Below, in pieces: positions 49,901 through 63,794 of a stretch of 64,000 nt of DNA; within the stretch, counting starts at the first letter, position 1; each line of letters starts with the position of its first letter. Location: the NCBI GenBank assembly GCA_034780895.1, contig JAUZTB010000001.1:116699062-116763061 (forward strand), written 5' to 3'. The translations under genes and the position numbers were made by a program. Source of the stretch: Rhynchobatus australiae. Taxonomy: Eukaryota. The notes beneath the pieces were generated by a model. The model saw nothing but the letters and a program-made list of their open reading frames with translations, was not told where the DNA came from and made no database searches.

Positions 49901-51622
49901 AAATATATGAAAAGTTACTTGTGTTTTCCACTTACAAAATATGGTTAAGGAGGATGTTTAGTATAGATTAACAATGTGGTTAGAAAAATGTCAGCTGCTG
50001 TTTATGTGTCTTGTATCAGATCTCAGTGCCACAGGTTTTGTGAACTATTTGTGTGAAAATTTGTATTGCCCTGTATTGGAATTAAGTTATTTGGACTACC
50101 TGTATATGTTTATGTATCTTAAATATTAAAGGAGGAATTGGATATTATCCATATGACACTTTTTGTACCACATATATGCAATAATTTTGCTATTATGGTG
50201 ATCAAATTTGAAATAAGAATTCTGTAGATAGCTGAGTTATTGAAGAGAAGAACATTTAATTTTGTTCTAAATGCGGTATTGTCATTTGTCTTAAGTATTC
50301 ATCAGGCCCCAGATCTATTAACATTTGAAGTTTTGAAAACCTCTTTTTTTGAAACCTTACAAATTTTAACCTGTTCTTGAATTGCAGCTAAATTATTCCC
50401 TTGTTTTACACCCACATTTCATCTGCAGTAGTCAGATAACAACATACAAATTTACAGAAATATTAAGCCACACATACAGATGTTATTGACTCACCCCAAA
50501 CATGTAGAAACTTGGGAGAAGCAGATAAAGAAACACAGCCAATTTAGGAAAAAATCTTTGTGGCTTTCTGACGTAATCGAGCAAAGTTCCTGGATATCAT
50601 GTCAGATCATAATTTCATTTAATCCCAACTAAATAGCAAACTACCCTGATACTAAGAGATGCCTTGTTTGCTTATGATTTGTTATTTCACTTTCAAGCAA
50701 CAGAAATGAATCCGTGTTATTTTTAAAGTTTATTTTTGAGGGCATAATTTACTGTTATACAATACTATGTTTTTCCCAGAAGGGTTTCATATGCATTGTC
50801 TGTTGTCCTTCTGTTTCCATCCGTTTCAAATAACTTAGCTAACCTGTATTTAATCCCTTGAACAAATTAAAAGCATCAATCCCTCTAATCCTGCTTTTCT
50901 AAAATAAATAGCACTAACTCTACAAGCCTATTCTGATAACTAAAGACTAGAGGGAATGCTGGAAACATTCAGCAGGTCAGCAGGATCTGTTGATAGTGAC
51001 ATTTGGTTCATTTTTCTGGTTGATTTAGCTTGTATCAGAACTTGATTTTATTTTTAGATTTCTTCATTGACTTTTTTTGTTTCTTGCTGAACTAAATTTA
51101 GATTATAATTTGTACCTTCTCTAGAGCATGTGTAAGTACCAAGACTAGATATAGATACCACTGCAGGTATACCAGTAAGCTTATATAGGTATGATATTGT
51201 TTTATACTACACTATGTAATCCTTATAAATCAGCCTAAAAGCACTTAGATATTTTATAATCACCTTCCATTCACCTTTTATAACTTTAATGATGAGAAGG
51301 TCTAATATACTTAGTTAACTAAATTGAGCTGCAACCTATTGATTTGCTATAAATTACTAACCTTTGTGCACATTTTAATGTCATCTGTGAAATCTCATAT
51401 GATTCCATTAATGCCCTCATCCAAATCTTAAATGATATTATAGACAATGGTGGCATTATTATCAGGCCTTTTGGAACTCAACTTGAGCTTTAAGATGGAA
51501 TCTGATTAGTTTTTATCCACAATAATATCTGTTTGGTAACCCCATAAAATTTGTTTTTTTTAAAATATATTATTTTGTTTGTATCCTCAAATAATTTAGA
51601 TGAGTGAAGCAAGACCTGTAAT

Positions 51623-52345
51623 GGGCCAAATCTTGCTAGCTAGCCTCACAGGTACAAATTGGAAGCACAGGCTTTCAGCCATTGAATCTTTGTGTTTTGG
51701 AAGCATAGAAGTCTGAGACTTATTGTTAGATGGTTCATCATTGCTCATTTCCTTGTTGGATTTTACATGATCTGGATCTTGCTGGGATTCCCCAGCATTA
51801 CACTGGGCAATCATCAAACAGACCTCCTTGATCTAGAACCAAATTCTAGGCCTGCAGATTTGGAGGCAAAGTGGAAGGTATTTAACTTTTAATAATTCTT
51901 TTATTTTACTCAATGGATTTTTAAGTTTTTAATTTCTCTTTTTTATTTTGATTACTTACTTTACTGTTGTTAGTTTTTAAATATCTCTGAATGTCAGATA
52001 TACTTAAGACTCTTGGATCGGAAAAGTTTAGAGGGATATGGGCCAAATGTTGGCAAATAGGACTAGCTTAGATGGGCATCTTGGTTGGCATGGAAGAGTT
52101 GGGGTGAAGAGCCTGTTTCCGTGTTGTATTGCTCTATGATTGTCTCAGCTTTGCCTTCTGTCAAAGCCCGTGAGAGGCACTATAGGGTTGCCCCACTGAA
52201 ATATACCATCTGAGACTTGGTCATTGCTGAGCCCTCGTCATCTGACTCAAGCACACCAGTAAGATTGGTTCTTTATATCTACACGAGTTCAGTAGTGGTG
52301 CATAGGGACTGTGGGTGGTTGGCCAGATCCAGTAAGATTCTGCCC
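51623..52345. mobile_element. Non-autonomous DNA transposon (PIF/Harbinger-like terminal repeats) containing a CR1 3' fragment at ~52005-52142
   Basis: Left end gggccaaatcttgctag versus right end reverse complement gggcagaatcttactgg; target-site duplication not clear. Confidence 0.55.
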
Positions 52346-52619
52346 ACTCGTCCTTGTTGATGCCTACAACCAAAAAAATTCCTGAGTAACTATAAATGAT
52401 ATTCCGTATGATTGTTTGTAGCAGCTTCTGCCTCTGTTTCCAAATCTACCATAGACTGGTATTTTATAACTTTTTTGCATAAATTTTGAGTAATATTTAA
52501 AATGTGACTGATTCTCTTTTTACCAAGGATGGGCTACTTGTATATTATTTCATAACAGGACATAATAATTGATTAATATTAAGCTTGCGTCACTGTAATT
52601 TGCTCTGTTGCTCTCTAGG

Positions 52620-53070
52620 AATCTAGCAACATAACAAGGCCATTTAGCCCTTTACACCTATCCTACCATTCTGTGGGATCAGATGTGATCCGTGGCTTGA
52701 CTTTTCCCAGGACCCCTTAACATTTGGTTATCAAATATCTGTCAGTCTCTCAGATTTAAAATTAACAATTGACCCAGCATTAGTTGGGGAAGTGAGTTAC
52801 AAATTTCTATCATCTGCATAAGCATCTAACTTGACTCTTGAAATGACTAGTTCTAATTTTTGGACAATGTCCTCTGGTTATCCTCAACCGGTAGAAATAG
52901 TTATCTGTATTCACTTACAGTTCCCCGTAATATCTTGAAAATTTTGATGAAGTCGTAAATTTCTAAATAACAGGCTCTTTTCTCCCAATTTAACCATTGG
53001 AGTCCAGGTATTGTTCAGGTAATTCTATGCTGTTTTCTCTCCAAGCCTAATCTATCAGTCCTAATATGTT
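52620..53070 (-). mobile_element. Decayed CR1 3' region
   Basis: aaggccatttagccct...tcagatttaaaattaacaattgaccc...ccattggagtccaggtattgttc. Confidence 0.7.
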
Positions 53071-55894
53071 TACTACAGTTTTACCCCTTCACTCAATCTA
53101 CTAATGCCTCTGCAATATAATGTTCCATATTTAGTGTTTACATTTTCACCCCTCATTATGTTATTGGCAAACCTGGATTCATGGTTTGCTATCTTAAGAA
53201 ATGAAAGATTTATTGTGATAGTTTGTAACAAAAAAAAGANNNNNNNNNNNNNNNNNNNNNNNNNNNNNNNNNNNNNNNNNNNNNNNNNNNNNNNNNNNNN
53301 NNNNNNNNNNNNNNNNNNNNNNNNNNNNNNNNNNNNNNNNNNNNNNNNNNNNNNNNNNNNNNNNNNNNNNNNNNNNNNNNNNNNNNNNNNNNNNNNNNNN
53401 NNNNNNNNNNNNNNNNNNNNNNNNNNNNNNNNNNNNNNNNNNNNNNNNNNNNNNNNNNNNNNNNNNNNNNNNNNNNNNNNNNNNNNNNNNNNNNNNNNNN
53501 NNNNNNNNNNNNNNNNNNNNNNNNNNNNNNNNNNNNNNNNNNNNNNNNNNNNNNNNNNNNNNNNNNNNNNNNNNNNNNNNNNNNNNNNNNNNNNNNNNNN
53601 NNNNNNNNNNNNNNNNNNNNNNNNNNNNNNNNNNNNAATACCAAGTTGTGGGAAACTTGGAAGTGAGTGGCAACTGTTGTAAAATAATCATTTTTTTTGG
53701 TGGATTGAACATTTTTTCCACTTTGCCCTACCACTGAATTGGTGTCAGAATTGAGAAATATAATTTCATTGCATACTTCTGAGAACAACTAGTTACCAAA
53801 ATGTGCCACTTTAATGAAAACAACTGATGCAATGAATAATTAATGTAAAAGCTGCTACAGCTTTAAATACTTGAGAAGCAGCAATTGAAGATTATAATAG
53901 GTTACAGAAAGCAGTCTTGTTTAATGTTTATATAAGGCAAATGGCAAAATAATCAAATAGATTGTTTTAAAAAAAAATTCTCTATACCTTCCAGACAGTC
54001 CCTTCTTGGAAGTCCCTTTGCCACAGGGAAAGCTTGTACATTTTCACTTGCAAAGTTTGTTGTATTTTTCGTAGTCTTTATTAACATCCATTTAAAATTA
54101 ATACATGTGGTATTTTAGTGCTGTAGTATACTCATTAAAGAGTGTTCTTGGGATTTGGGTGATTCCTGCATCCATATTGGTTGCTGTTGTGGGCTTATTC
54201 ATTTCTTTTTGTCCTTGTAGAAATGGTGCCCATAAAATAGCTTAATGGAAGGGAATTTCAGGAATTGATCCATGAGTGATAATGGATTAGTGAATATTTC
54301 ACCAAGAATGGAGATTACTTAGTGGGAAAACTCCATTCTTGACCTCTCCATTCCTGTTAGTGCAGTAGCTGAACATGGTTAGATCTAGGATCTTTCATGA
54401 GGAAATCCTGCTATGATGCCTGAAACAGTGATGTTTGTCATTTGGCCATTAAAATCTCCCTTGGATAAAGCTTGTTTGGGCTTCATGTTGAAGTTATCTC
54501 AATGCTGTTAGACTGCCAATATAATAACAGCTATCTTCTTTGTTTAGCAGTTTAAAACAAAACTAATACTAAGAAAAAGCTCTTGCTCCAGTTTGGTGTG
54601 TGATCATTTATAATGCAGTTCAAATAATACTTTTGAATTGAGAGAATTCTTTCTTGCTTTGAAGAAATATCTTTTACTTTATACTGTGAGTGACCATCCT
54701 GTGAAATTTATTAAATTTTATGGGGCAGTTTAGTGTGAGGTTATTAGTTGACTTGGGATTTTAGCTGTGAATTTGATCTGTTTCCTCATACTTGTTGAGA
54801 TTCCATTAATTAAAAAGAGCCTTATAATATAAAGATGGCTGATTTCATGTATTATAATATGATGTTTGTTATGACAAATTTAATCATATTTAATAAGAAT
54901 GCCACTTCAGCATGTTGGACTTTGACCTTTCTCCTCTTTCATCCTCCCCACTTCTAGTTACGTGATATTGCTTTCCTTGTGCTTGGCGCTGCTAGTCCAT
55001 GATCTTGAAAATTTCCTAAATAACCTTTCAGGTCAGAAGGTTTTAGTAGTAATCAACCTGATGCTGTACTTTTACAAGTTTAAAACAAAAATCTGTTGTT
55101 AAATGGCAAATAAATAAGCATACCCATAATGAGTTCCACTAAACTTTCTTCATTATCTTTATAGCTTTTGCATTTTATGCTAAAGTGTTTTTGTTTTGTT
55201 GTAAGGTTTCAATAAATAAGCTGGTATTTTCCTGTTGGGCCCATTTTGGTAACTAGTTGTTCTCAGAAGTATGCAATGAAATTATATTTCTCAATTCTGA
55301 CACCAATTTAACAGCAACAGCAAGTGCATTTCTTAAGACAAACTAGAACAATGCAGCTTTTGAAGATTTTGGGGAAATTGCATCCGACCTCCCAGGCAAT
55401 ATTACTGATTTTGCGAGAAAATGCAGCTGTTGACTTATAGATGGAATAATTTAGGAATTAACACTTGCAGAAATATAGTGGTATTAAGATGCTTGTAGAT
55501 TTACTCTTGGATGCATTTGTTAGTATAAGGTCTTGGAAAAATCGGCTGTGATTGAGCGTTTCCTGAAATGGATAACAAATTTGATAACCATTTTTAATGT
55601 GATATTAGACCCAATGGCTTACAATTATTCTGTATAATTTATTGACATTATGGAACAAGGTTAATTGCAAAAGATTGAATAAAGATGCAGTTATTTCATA
55701 AGCAAAATTTTGAATGCAAAAATATGTCAAATATGAAACATTGACTCTGTTTCTGTCTCCACAGATGCTGTTTGACTTGCTGATTATTTATATCATTTTC
55801 TGTTTTTGTTTTGAATTGTTTTATTTGATGATTAGTATTTTGCTTGGATCATGGGCATGCTTTACAAATATCTTCTATCCTGTTACATTGATTG

Positions 55895-56243
55895 TGATGG
55901 ACTCATACGGCATGAAATGGGTCCTTTTGGCCACCAAATCCACGTTGACCATCCAGCAATCATTTACACTAATGCTACATTAATCCCATTCTATTCTGTC
56001 TACATTCCCAATAACTTCCTTAGATTTCATCATTCATCTACACACTAGGGGCAATTTTACAGGAGCCAATTAACCAACCCACCTGTATGTCTTTGAGATG
56101 TGGGAGGAAAGTAGAGCACCTGGAGTAAGCCCACACAGTGACAATGTACAAAGTCCACACAGTCAGCACCAGAGGTCAGGATTAAATCCGGGTTGCTGGA
56201 GCTGTGAGGCAGCAGAAGTACTAGCTGTGCCAGGGTGCCGCCC
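55895..56243 (-). mobile_element. HE1-type V-SINE with CR1-derived tail
   Basis: ctaggggcaattttacagg..caattaacc...tctttgagatgtgggaggaaa..agagcacctggag; tRNA-like head ending gtgccgccc. Confidence 0.8.
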
Positions 56244-56344
56244 AGATTGTGTTAAGTATTGGAAACTGGCCAGGAATTGATTTAAACCTAGCTGTCTCAA
56301 GAAGGATCTTGTATGAAACAAGATAGCTTTTGATATATTCATTT

Positions 56345-57500
56345 TTGTGACCTCAATGTTGCTGGTAGGCCAGCATTTCATGCCCATCCCTAAGTGTGCT
56401 TGAGAAGAGGGTGGTGAGCTACTTTCTTGAACTGCTGCAGTCCTTTTGATACTACTACAGTGCCGTTTGGTAGGAAGTTCCAGAATTTAGTCCCAGCAAA
56501 GATGAATGCGCACAGCTTGGAGGGGAACTTATCGGTAGTGTTGTTCCCATGCACCTGCTGCCTTTGTCCTTCTTGGTGGTAGAGCTTGCAGGTTTGGGAG
56601 CCACTGGCAGTTGCCTGGGCAAGTAACTACACATTTTGTAGATAGTGTGCACTTCAATACACTGCCAGCACTGTGTGCCAGTGTTGGAGGGAATGAATAC
56701 TTAGGATGGTTGATGGGGTGCCAGTCAAGTGGGCTACTTTGCCCTGGATGATGTCAACTGCTTGAAATTTGTTGGAGCTGCACTCATCCAGCCATCATTG
56801 ATGAGGGGAATGTATTTGGACCCCTCCCCCACTGTTAACTGTTTAATTATTCACCACTGTTCAAGACTAGACAAGGCAGGACTGCAGAGCTTTGATCTGT
56901 TGTTTGTGCAATTATGTAGCACTATTGCATGCAGTTTTTGTTGTTCAATGTGCAGTTAGTCCTTAATTGCAGCTTCATTAGGCTGGCAGCTCATCATTTT
57001 TAGGTAAGCTTCTGGCAAGCTCTTTAGAGCTTAATGAACCATGGTTGATCAGCTGGCTTGATAGTAAGGGGAGAATGAGGGATCTGCCATTTCTGTTGCT
57101 TATGGTACATAGTAACTCATGCCCAATTGTCAGATATTAGATCTGTTTTGAGACTATCTCATGTTTGTAGTGCCACACAACACTGTGGAAGGTGACCTTG
57201 CTGTAAAGAATAGATATTGTCTCCACAAGGCCCTGTGTGATGGTCGCTTCTACCTATGCTATCGTGGACAGATGTATCTAGCACAAGCAACTTGGTGAAG
57301 ATGTGATCAAGTATGTTATCCCTGGTGTCATTACCAGCTATAGACCCAGTCTGGCAGGTGTATCCTTTAGGACTTGGCCAGCTCGGTTTGTGGTGGTGCT
57401 TCCATGCCACTACTAATAATAGACATTGAAGTGCCCCATCCAGATTATATTCTGTACCCCTACTACTTTCAGTGCTTCTTCCAAGTATTGTTCAACATGT
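56345..57500 (-). mobile_element. CR1/L2-group LINE, internally deleted (3' end to endonuclease region)
   Basis: ccagcatttcatgcccatccctaagtgtgcttgagaag tail; minus ORF ...LDHIFT...VHDSIGRSDH is the APE endonuclease C-terminal motif. Confidence 0.8.
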
Positions 57501-58267
57501 TTAATTCAAATGGTTTTGTACTTGACTGTTTAAAAATGATGTTGAAATGTGACTTAACCTTAATAGGTATCATTTGCATGACATAAACAGGAAAATGTTT
57601 GTTAACTTGGATATGCAGAAGTGTAATCGAGTGAAATGTTATATTGAGGTGTAATAATTTAGAGATGCTTAGAACTGGGTTATGTTTGTACTTGTCCTCA
57701 ATGCTGTGTTAAATGGGAAACCATTTCTAAGCAGATGTGTTACGATAAATATTGCACGGTAACTGATTTGATTGTCGCATGTTTTTGGAGGGAATAAAAA
57801 GGCATGAGGTTGAACCTTGACTTTCACTGGCCATTAATTTGGAGCTCAACTGCTGTGGAAGTTCTGCACGGACTTGCTCTCTATTGGCAAGAAACCAATG
57901 TTAGTTTATTGGCATTTGAAGATAAGTATAATTTACTACCCACAATCACCGCGCCTCTTTGGGGAATGTATGACCAAGGATAAGAGTTTGTGTATCTTTT
58001 TCTTTGAGCTGTTTATGTAATAAGCCATTCTTTTAAAAATTAAGCTCAGCACTGAAAGCTGTTTCATAATAAATTTCTAAAGTAAAAGACTAGATATGGT
58101 CACTATGTTATGCTTTTATTCTTCAGTTAATCATTGGTTTCTTTTTAGCACTCAAAACTAAGTACCAACTATTTTTGGACCTATCCATGTTGGCCAGTTT
58201 AATGATTTTTGGTTAAGCACTGTGGCTTTGTCACAGGATTTTCCTGGTTTCAAAAGTAAGTGAAGGG

Positions 58268-58740
58268 TTCAACAACAACTTGAATTTATATGCTGCGATT
58301 AATATTGCAAAACTTTACAAGAGTATGAAACAAAATTTGACTAGAGTCACATAAGGAGAAATTGGGATAGGTAAGTTGGGTTTTAAAAGGAGAAGGTTAT
58401 GTTGAGAATTTTCAAACTTCGTACTTGGATACCTTGAGGCATGTGTTAAGTGATCTTCACTGGAGCCACTCAAGATCTCAGTGGGTTGTGGTGTTAGTCA
58501 GATGAGAGAAATGGAGAGGAGCAAGGCCCTGGAGGTTTTTTTTGAAAAGCAATATGAGAATTTTACAATTTCACATGGACTAGGAGACGGTTTAGGTCAC
58601 TGTAATGGGAATGGAGTCTTGTGTGAATTAAGATACATGTGGAAAGGTTTTAGACAAACTTATCTATCATTGGCACGAGGTGTTAGTCTAGCCAGGAGAA
58701 TGTTTGATTAGTTCACCATGTTGGTAACAGGTATGGATAG
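58268..58740 (-). mobile_element. Decayed L2-type LINE 3' region
   Basis: caacaacaacttgaatttatatg...aaaatttgactagagtcacataaggaga. Confidence 0.6.
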
Positions 58741-58760
58741 TTTCAGAAGCAGCAGAGCCT

Positions 58761-59670
58761 ATGGAAAAGTTAGAAACATAGAAAAACTACTGTGCAATTC
58801 AGGCCCTTCGGCCCACAAAGCTGTGCCAAATATGTCCCTACTCTAGAAATTACTAGGTTTACCCATAGCCCTCTGTTTTACTCAGTTCCATGTACCTATC
58901 CAACAGTCTCTTAAAAGACCCTCTCATATCTGCCTCCTCCACTGTTGCTGGCAGCCCATTCCATGCACCCACCACTCNNNNNNNNNNNNNNNNNNNNNNN
59001 NNNNNNNNNNNNNNNNNNNNNNNNNNNNNNNNNNNNNNNNNNNNNNNNNNNNNNNNNNNNNNNNNNNNNNNNNNNNNTCTCCATCAGCTTACCATCCACT
59101 GAAGTAAGACTCACTGGTCTATAATTCCCTGGGCTATCCCTATTCCCCTTCTTGAATAAGGGAACAACATTCGCTATCCTCCAATCTTCTGGAATCTCTC
59201 CATTGACGACTCAAAGATCATCGTTTTAGGCTCCGCAATCTCCTCCTTCGCCTCCCACAGTAGCCTGGGGTACATCTCATCCGGTCCCAGCGACTTATCC
59301 AACTCGATGCTTTCCAAAAGTTTCAGCACCTCCTCTTTCCTAATATCTACAGGCTCAAGCTTTTCAGCCAGCTGCAAGTCCCCACTACAATCCCCCAGAT
59401 CTTTTTCTGTAGTGAATACTGACGTAAAGTATTCATTAAGTACCTCCACTATTTCTTCCAGATCCATACACATTTTCCCACTGCTGCACTTGATAGGCCA
59501 TGGAAAAGTTAGAAACATAAAAACAAAGAAACTACAGCACAGTTCAGGCCCTTCGGCCCACAAAGCTGTGCCGAATGTGTCCCTACTCTAGAAATTACTA
59601 GGCTTACCCATAGTCCTCTGTTTTACTCAGCTCCATGTACCTATCCAACAGTCTCTTAAAAGACCCTATC
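58761..59670 (-). mobile_element. Two tandem/nested CR1 copies of one subfamily
   Basis: Very similar 3' ends at 58781-58922 and 59520-59670; ORF2 piece EVLNEYFTSVFT...DKSLGPDEMYPRLL..A.EEIAEP and NYRPVSLTSV between them; 20-bp duplication at 58761-58780 and 59500-59519. Confidence 0.9.
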
Positions 59671-60338
59671 GATAGGAAGGGTCCTACAGATAGGAAGTTG
59701 AGATTGTTAATTTTACAGAAAAGTATGTCAGTGGCCTTGATGGTAGAGAAATTGCGGGTTGGTAACTTATCTTAGGGTTAAATAGCGTATCATAGTTTGA
59801 ACAGTTGGATTGGACCATGTCCCATGGTTAGACTGAGGGGATGGTATGTTGTGACCAAAGATTGTTTTTAGTCTATCCAATACTTAATTGGGAATACTGG
59901 ATGTTTGATGAGTGGCATGATATATCCAAGATACTGGAGTGGTTGAGAGAAGTGGTGGTGTGTTAGAGCTGAATATTGTTTGCCTATGTATTTTGTTACA
60001 CACTGTTATTTTATAATATTGTCTGGCCTGTGTGTAAATGAAATGTAAGAAGGCACCAAGCGTAGGCCTTTGAGACACACTGATGCCTTTGAAACATTTC
60101 AAAGGCAGATGTGGGGAAGAGTCATGGAGGTATTGTGACGTTTAGTTAATTTGGGAGGAAAGAGATACTTGACTTTGTCAGAACTTTATAAGTGCAGTAG
60201 CATCAGACTGATTTAGAGGGAACAGTACCTGAGGAGAGGGTACTGACAACAATATCAGCTGACATTAATGCATACTGTAAGTGGCATTGCATTATTATTG
60301 ATCCATGTATAGTATGGCTTCTAGTTCATTCCTTACTC

Positions 60339-60749
60339 CTGTGCTCTTAACTGGTCATTTCTTGCTTTGAAAAACATGATTTTGCTCAGTTTGACGCCTT
60401 AAGAGCTTTGTAAAAGCCATATTGTGCAGTGGATGAGCTGGTAGAAATCTTTGTTATTCTGCAACAATATCTTTTCAAAATGCACTTTGTCATCACTTGT
60501 ATATCATCAGTAAATGGATAAGGCCAGAACGAGAATGTGATCCTTTATTTCCTTGCTGTAGCAGTAAGGCTGTCTTCCTACATTTTTTTAAATGCACTTT
60601 CTGGTATGGAACATTGGTCTCAATATTTCTGACAAAGATTTCTACCAGTTCATCTACTGCACAACAATATGGCTTTTACAAAGCTCATAAGGTGTCAAAT
60701 TGAGCAAAATCATTTTTTTCAAAAAAGAAATGACCAGTTGAGAGCACAG
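60339..60749. mobile_element. Foldback/MITE-like element with ~115-bp inverted arms
   Basis: 60339-60454 is a near-perfect reverse complement of 60632-60749. Confidence 0.85.
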
Positions 60750-61109
60750 CCAGTTGTTGGGACCATTTTGTTTGCACATATAAGTGATTTTTTTAATAAC
60801 CAAATTGCTTGGATAGCTAGGCTTATTTTGAAGTCTATTTAAGTGATTTTTCGGTCTATATAAAAAAAATATCCTTCAAGCAAGAGTTTTGCTAATGACT
60901 ATTACTGTGTTTGTGGAGCAGAGATGCAAAAAGATTGTAAAGCCTATCGCCTCATAATATTGAGAGTTGGCTAAGATGTATGTTGTTGCTTGTTCCTGTG
61001 GTGTACAGAGTAGTTTACTATTTTTGTTCTCAGAATATGGCATCCTCCCTTTGTAGTAGATGTAGCTATGTAAAAGGAAGATGGCCTTGCCCACTTTGAT
61101 GCTTGTGAT

Positions 61110-61862
61110 CACTCACCCTTTCCTCATTGAGGGGTCAGTGGTGAAAGGAGTGAGTAGCTTCAAGTTCCTGGGAGTTAACATCTCAGAGAATCTATCCTGA
61201 GCCCAACACATTGATGAAGTCACAAAGAAAGCATGCCAGCGGCTCTACTTCGTTAGGATTTGAGGAGATTTGGTATGTCACCAAAGACTCTTGCAAATTT
61301 CTATAGATGTATGGTGGAGANNNNNNNNNNNNNNNNNNNNNNNNNNNNNNNNNNNNNNNNNNNNNNNNNNNNNNNNNNNNNNNNNNNNNNNNNNNNNNNN
61401 NNNNNNNNNNNNNNNNNNNNTGGAGAGAATTCTGACTGGTTGCATCACCGCCTGGTAAGGAGCCTCCAATGCACAGAATTGCAAGAGACTGCAGAGGGTT
61501 ATAGCTAGCTCCATCACAGGTGTAACCCTCCCCACCACTGAGGACATCTTCAATAGGCAGTGCCTCGAGAGGGCGGCATCCATCATTAAGGTCCCTCACC
61601 ATCCAGGACATGCCCTCTTCTCGTTACTACCATCAGGGAGGAGGTACAGGAGCCTGAAGACCCAAACCCAGCAATTCAGGAACAGCTTCTTCCCCTCCGT
61701 CATCGGATTTCTGAATGGTCCATGAACGCTACCTCATTATTCCTTTTTGCACTATTTGTTTATTTTTGTAATTGTTTGTAATTTTTATGTCTTTGCACTG
61801 TACTGCTGTCGCAAAACAACAAAATTCATGTCACGTGTCAGAGATAACAAACCTCATTCTTG
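61110..61862 (+). mobile_element. Rex1/Babar-clade LINE 3' region
   Basis: SSFKFLGVNIS, KKACQRLYF.R, RRFGMSPKTLANFYRC, ILTGCITAW; tail gataacaaacctcattct. Confidence 0.9.
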
Positions 61863-62094
61863 TATAATGATTTTGGATGCAGTGGCAAAATCAATGGGAT
61901 GCATACTTTATGAACTGAAAGAAATTGACTTCCTTTTGTATTTGAGATTAATGATGGGCTTTCCTGGTAATTATTCTCACTGCTTTAAAAAAAACTCCCA
62001 CGTTCTGATTGCTCTCAGTAGTTTAGCCACTGTTTTTCAGCTGGCTAGTTAAATGCTTTGTTAAACCTTCTCTTGTCAAATGAGGAAATAACTG

Positions 62095-62350
62095 CCCAAG
62101 AAGGTTGTGGAGGCAGCTCTCATAAAAAATTTTAGCAGCATCTGACTGAGTACTTGAATTGTCCTGGCATAGTAGGCTATGGACTAAGTGCTGGTAACTA
62201 GTATTAATATAGATAGGTACTTAAAAAGAGATATAAAAAGAGGAAGTACTAGATTTACAGCATCTACAGTTTTAAAAAATTTTTGGTAGATACTTGATGT
62301 TTGGCTTAGACGTAGTGGGCTGAAGGGTCATTTTCTGTGCTATATGACTT
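62095..62350 (+). mobile_element. CR1 3'-end fragment
   Basis: aggctatggactaagtgctgg...gtgggctgaagggtcattttctgtgctatatgact. Confidence 0.7.
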
Positions 62351-63644
62351 AATGATTTCAAATGACATCTGAGGTAGGCTGGTGAAGACAAAATCAATCA
62401 ATTCTGTAAGTAACTTCCAGATGCAGTTTGTATTTGGTCCACATGTGAAATAGAGCACACATGCCAAGAAATAATTGTAGTTTCTTCCCTATATTCAAAG
62501 TTATTTACAGAAGTTTCGGTAATACCCTAAATTTGTGTTGCTCTGCTCTCATTACTGTTATTGATTTTGCAGAAGATGCAGCCTTTTGGATTTAGTGGCC
62601 CATGAATTTTAGAGATCAGGGAAAACCCAAAGTGTGCAGATTTCTGTGTGTCCTAAGCTTAAATTTAGATTCTATCATTTAATTTGAAAAAATCAGTTTA
62701 AAATTGCATTGCTAAATAAAAGCTTAAGATATTCCATTAGTGCCATGTGCAGATGAATTTTTCCTCTTTATAGTATGATCTCATGACTTTGACACAGATG
62801 TGGAATAAAATAGGATGGGAATATTTGAGGAAAGGGAGTGCATTGAGAAAATGAATTTTTTTTAATACAGCTTCACATTTATTTTGCTTTCATTATTTTT
62901 ATTTGTGCAACATAGTTGGTGATAAATCTATGGATGTGGGACAGTTTTTAAAAGTGTTAAAGGTATATTTGCAACTTTGCCAGTTTATGGTGGAATGTTC
63001 AATTTTTCAATGTCTATTCACATTTACAGAGAATTAATAAACAATAACATTGTCTTAATTGTTATCGGATTAAACCCAAGTTTAACAATTTCACAATATA
63101 GAAAATCCTGTCAGAGATGATGGAGAATTACATTTGTTTCTTGTGATACTTGGACATTTATTTGCCTCTTTTTGTACCTTTTTAATACTGCATCCTTTCA
63201 CATTAACCTATTTGGCAATGATGCTAACTTGTGCTATTGGATACATTGTCAATCTAAGCAGTTTGCCTCTGCATCATTAGTTTTGTTCTGTTAATTTGTT
63301 AGAGATGTCTTTCATGCACTTTTTTTTGAATGAAGCTGGAACTATGTTATATCTTTCTATTATCGATTTGGAAGTCAAAACATTGAAATCTTTTTTTCAT
63401 ATTGTGACTGCATTGATGCAGATAGAAAACTGGTATCCAATATGTAACCAACTACTTATACCCCCACCGCTGCTATCATACCACAAAGGTTGAAGGTAGA
63501 GTGATGATACAGTTGCTACTACCACAGAACCAATATGGTGGTATATGCAAACATCTTTAAACTTCATTCTTTTTAAAGTTAAAAATGTTGCACGACTTAA
63601 AAGGGATGGGTAGGGGTGCGGGGGAAGGTGGTGGTAAAGTGGTA

Positions 63645-63794
63645 TCATTTGTAGTGCATTCATTAAATTACAGGATTTGTAATCCAAAGGCTTTGACCAA
63701 CATCCCTGAAACCCAAGTTCAAATCCCACAGTGGTATTGTGTAATATAAGTGCAGTTAATAATTTAATAATTAAAAAAGATTCATCATTAGTAA
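63645..63794 (+). mobile_element. tRNA-derived SINE head fragment
   Basis: gtaatccaaagg...aagttcaaatcccac (B-box-like). Confidence 0.45.

Noticed and set aside
63645-63740. tRNA gene (gttcaaatccc B box)
   Set aside because: No cloverleaf; it is the decayed head of a tRNA-derived SINE.
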